Positions 61,647 to 64,000 of a DNA stretch of 64,000 nt are shown in pieces. The notes beneath the pieces are model-generated. The model saw only the letters and a program-made list of their open reading frames with translations, was not told the DNA's origin and ran no database searches. The DNA lies in contig NC_085842.1 in assembly GCF_035594765.1 (NCBI RefSeq), positions 40,834,782 through 40,898,781 of the forward strand. The letters run 5' to 3'. The DNA comes from Anolis carolinensis (taxonomy: Eukaryota). The translations under genes and the position numbers were made by a program. Position 1 is the stretch's first letter; every line of letters begins with the position of its first letter.

Positions 61647-62603
61647 CATTAGCATTTTCCTTTTCCAAGGAACTTAAGGTGGCATATGCATCCATTCTCA
61701 TAGTTACCCAGTAAATCTTTTGGCTAAATGTGGATTTGAACCTGTATTTCTGAGGTTGATGTCCAACACTGGAACCACTACACTACATTGGTTCATTTGC
61801 TATGCTGCTGATTGAAACCTTTTTGTCATTATATTAGTTATATATTTTAGGATGATCTTATAGTTAACTTATAGTTAACTTTTTGTCAGGCTTAATGACA
61901 ATGTATGGATTTTAAAAATAAATACATTAATCGATAAATACAGCACCCTTCATTCCTCCTTCCAAGTCATCAGTGGCCTTGAAATCAGCTCAGTCTAAAC
62001 TATGTTGCTTCATGAATGACCTGGAACAAACTTGGTTCAATGACAATAAATAGAGTATGACTAAGAAACGTATTTTGCAAAACTTTGTTGAAATGACTAC
62101 CACATGCTCAATATATCAGGAGCTAAAGGGCAGCCCAAAAACTCTGGACAGTTTCTCCTTGGCTGCAAGTACTTAAGAAGCTACTTAGATGATATGCAAA
62201 ATGTAATGTCCCTTAGAAATATATGTATCACCAAATTTCTGATGATCAAGGAATTCTCATACATTAACCAGTAGATGGATGGATTATATCAAATTATAGG
62301 GATGCTTTCATTATTAAGATAATGCTTCCAGATTTCAGTGGATCACAAAGTGATGAATTACAAGTCCATGCAGATGGGCCAAATTATTAGAGAATTTTAG
62401 GCAAGACAGGTTGAAGCCACCATCAGATAGGATGGCAATGCTTTGACACCCAAGGACCATGACATCTGTGCATGTCCAGAGAATTAAAAGAACTGTAATA
62501 ATTTCAAGGGACTTTTCTGAGAGTCCTTAATCCCATCTCTTCTCAGACAGCTGAAACAAAGTCATCACTTGGTGGCGTATCCTAGAATGTGCATGCATTA
62601 TTA

Positions 62604-62855
<252 letters not shown>

Positions 62856-63855
62856 TTACATTCTGATGTTTCTGTTATGAGCAGGATTTTGCTTGTTAAC
62901 AGTAGCTGCATGATACTGTGATGTACCCATTGTGCCTAATGCAAGGCAGTGGCAATGAGGGAAAATATTAGCAGGTCTTTCAACAGCTTCTGGGCCTAGG
63001 TTTGGTGGAACTGTGTCTGCATCTTCTTCTCCCCTTCCCAGACCAAGCAATGACAATTGGAATAGAAGGAAAGCCAGGGAACAGTCAAATTAACCATCTG
63101 AAAGAAGCTGAGCCTCTTTGTGCCCAAGAGTGGAGTATATTCTAAATCAGACCCTCTAGGTGTTTTGGACTTCAGTTCCCAGAATTCCTAACCACCACTG
63201 GATAAGCCGGCTAGAGTTTTGGGGGGTTGAAGTCCCAAATACCCAGAGGGCCACAGGTTGTGCAGGCCTGACCTAAATGGACAAATACAGCGCATTGGTT
63301 CTGTGATTTGAGTTGAACACCTGGAGGCCCAAAGGTTGAGAACTACAACTATAGTGGGAAACTGGTGCCAGTTTTGGAATCAGCAGGTCAAATATACCCA
63401 GAAACTGGTCTAACATTTGACACTGTAAGTTCTTCTCTCCCTCTGAGGCCAGGGCCAAAATGTGTGTTGGCCAGTGTTATCCATGATTATTATTATACTA
63501 TTACTATATTTACTTATACCCTGCTTTATCTCCCCAAAGGGAACTCAGAGTGGATAATGATCTCCATGATAAGTTCAGAAATGTACCCCCCCCCCCAAGA
63601 ATACAGAGATCATACTATATATGAGCAGTACACTTGCTTGCTACTATTTATGGCAAATTGCTACTGTTTGTGGTAATGTGATAATGTGAGGAGATGAGGT
63701 TTGTTGTTGGGTCATGAAGAGTGGTGGTCTTGGAAAAACAGCTGTCTGCACTAAGTATGAATGGGATCAGTACAGTACAGTGTCTAAATGTAAATAGCGA
63801 TCTGTGCTTCATAAACTGCCAGAGGACTCCAAAGCAGTTTTGTAAACACATATTG

Positions 63856-63858
<3 letters not shown>

Positions 63859-63935
<77 letters not shown>
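63859..63935. repeat. Compound (GT)n(GA)n microsatellite
   Basis: Direct reading. Confidence 0.95.
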
Positions 63936-63938
<3 letters not shown>

Positions 63939-64000
63939 GACTAGACCACCCATGCTGAGCTAACAAGTGGCAGGAGATGCTAAAGGTCGGATGCATTTGA

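Overview
Vertebrate (squamate, most likely Anolis lizard, judged from the Sauria SINE/Bov-B/Vingi/Penelope/hAT repeat set) genomic DNA lying entirely inside a minus-strand PRICKLE2 gene. Five coding exons are present (PET domain, LIM1, LIM2 and the start of LIM3, at 62637-62820, 34326-34439, 20226-20363, 17052-17255 and 14857-15043); the first and last exons lie outside the window. The introns are densely filled with LINE, SINE and MITE fragments, many nested. The main feature is an apparently intact, very young 6.4-kb sushi-like Ty3/Gypsy chromovirus (23238-29667; 975-bp LTRs with one mismatch seen; GGAAA TSD), antisense to PRICKLE2 and inserted into a hammerhead-bearing Penelope palindrome. 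It has several unusual properties. Its pol ORF has no stop after the chromodomain and runs about 105 codons into U3, ending in an SQ cluster and an HMGN-like RRSARIIAK motif. It has a tRNA-independent self-priming PBS set in a U5-leader hairpin that also covers the poly(A) downstream element and the gag AUG. Its candidate -1 frameshift site is non-canonical (G_GGG_GAA). All calls were made by eye without database searches.
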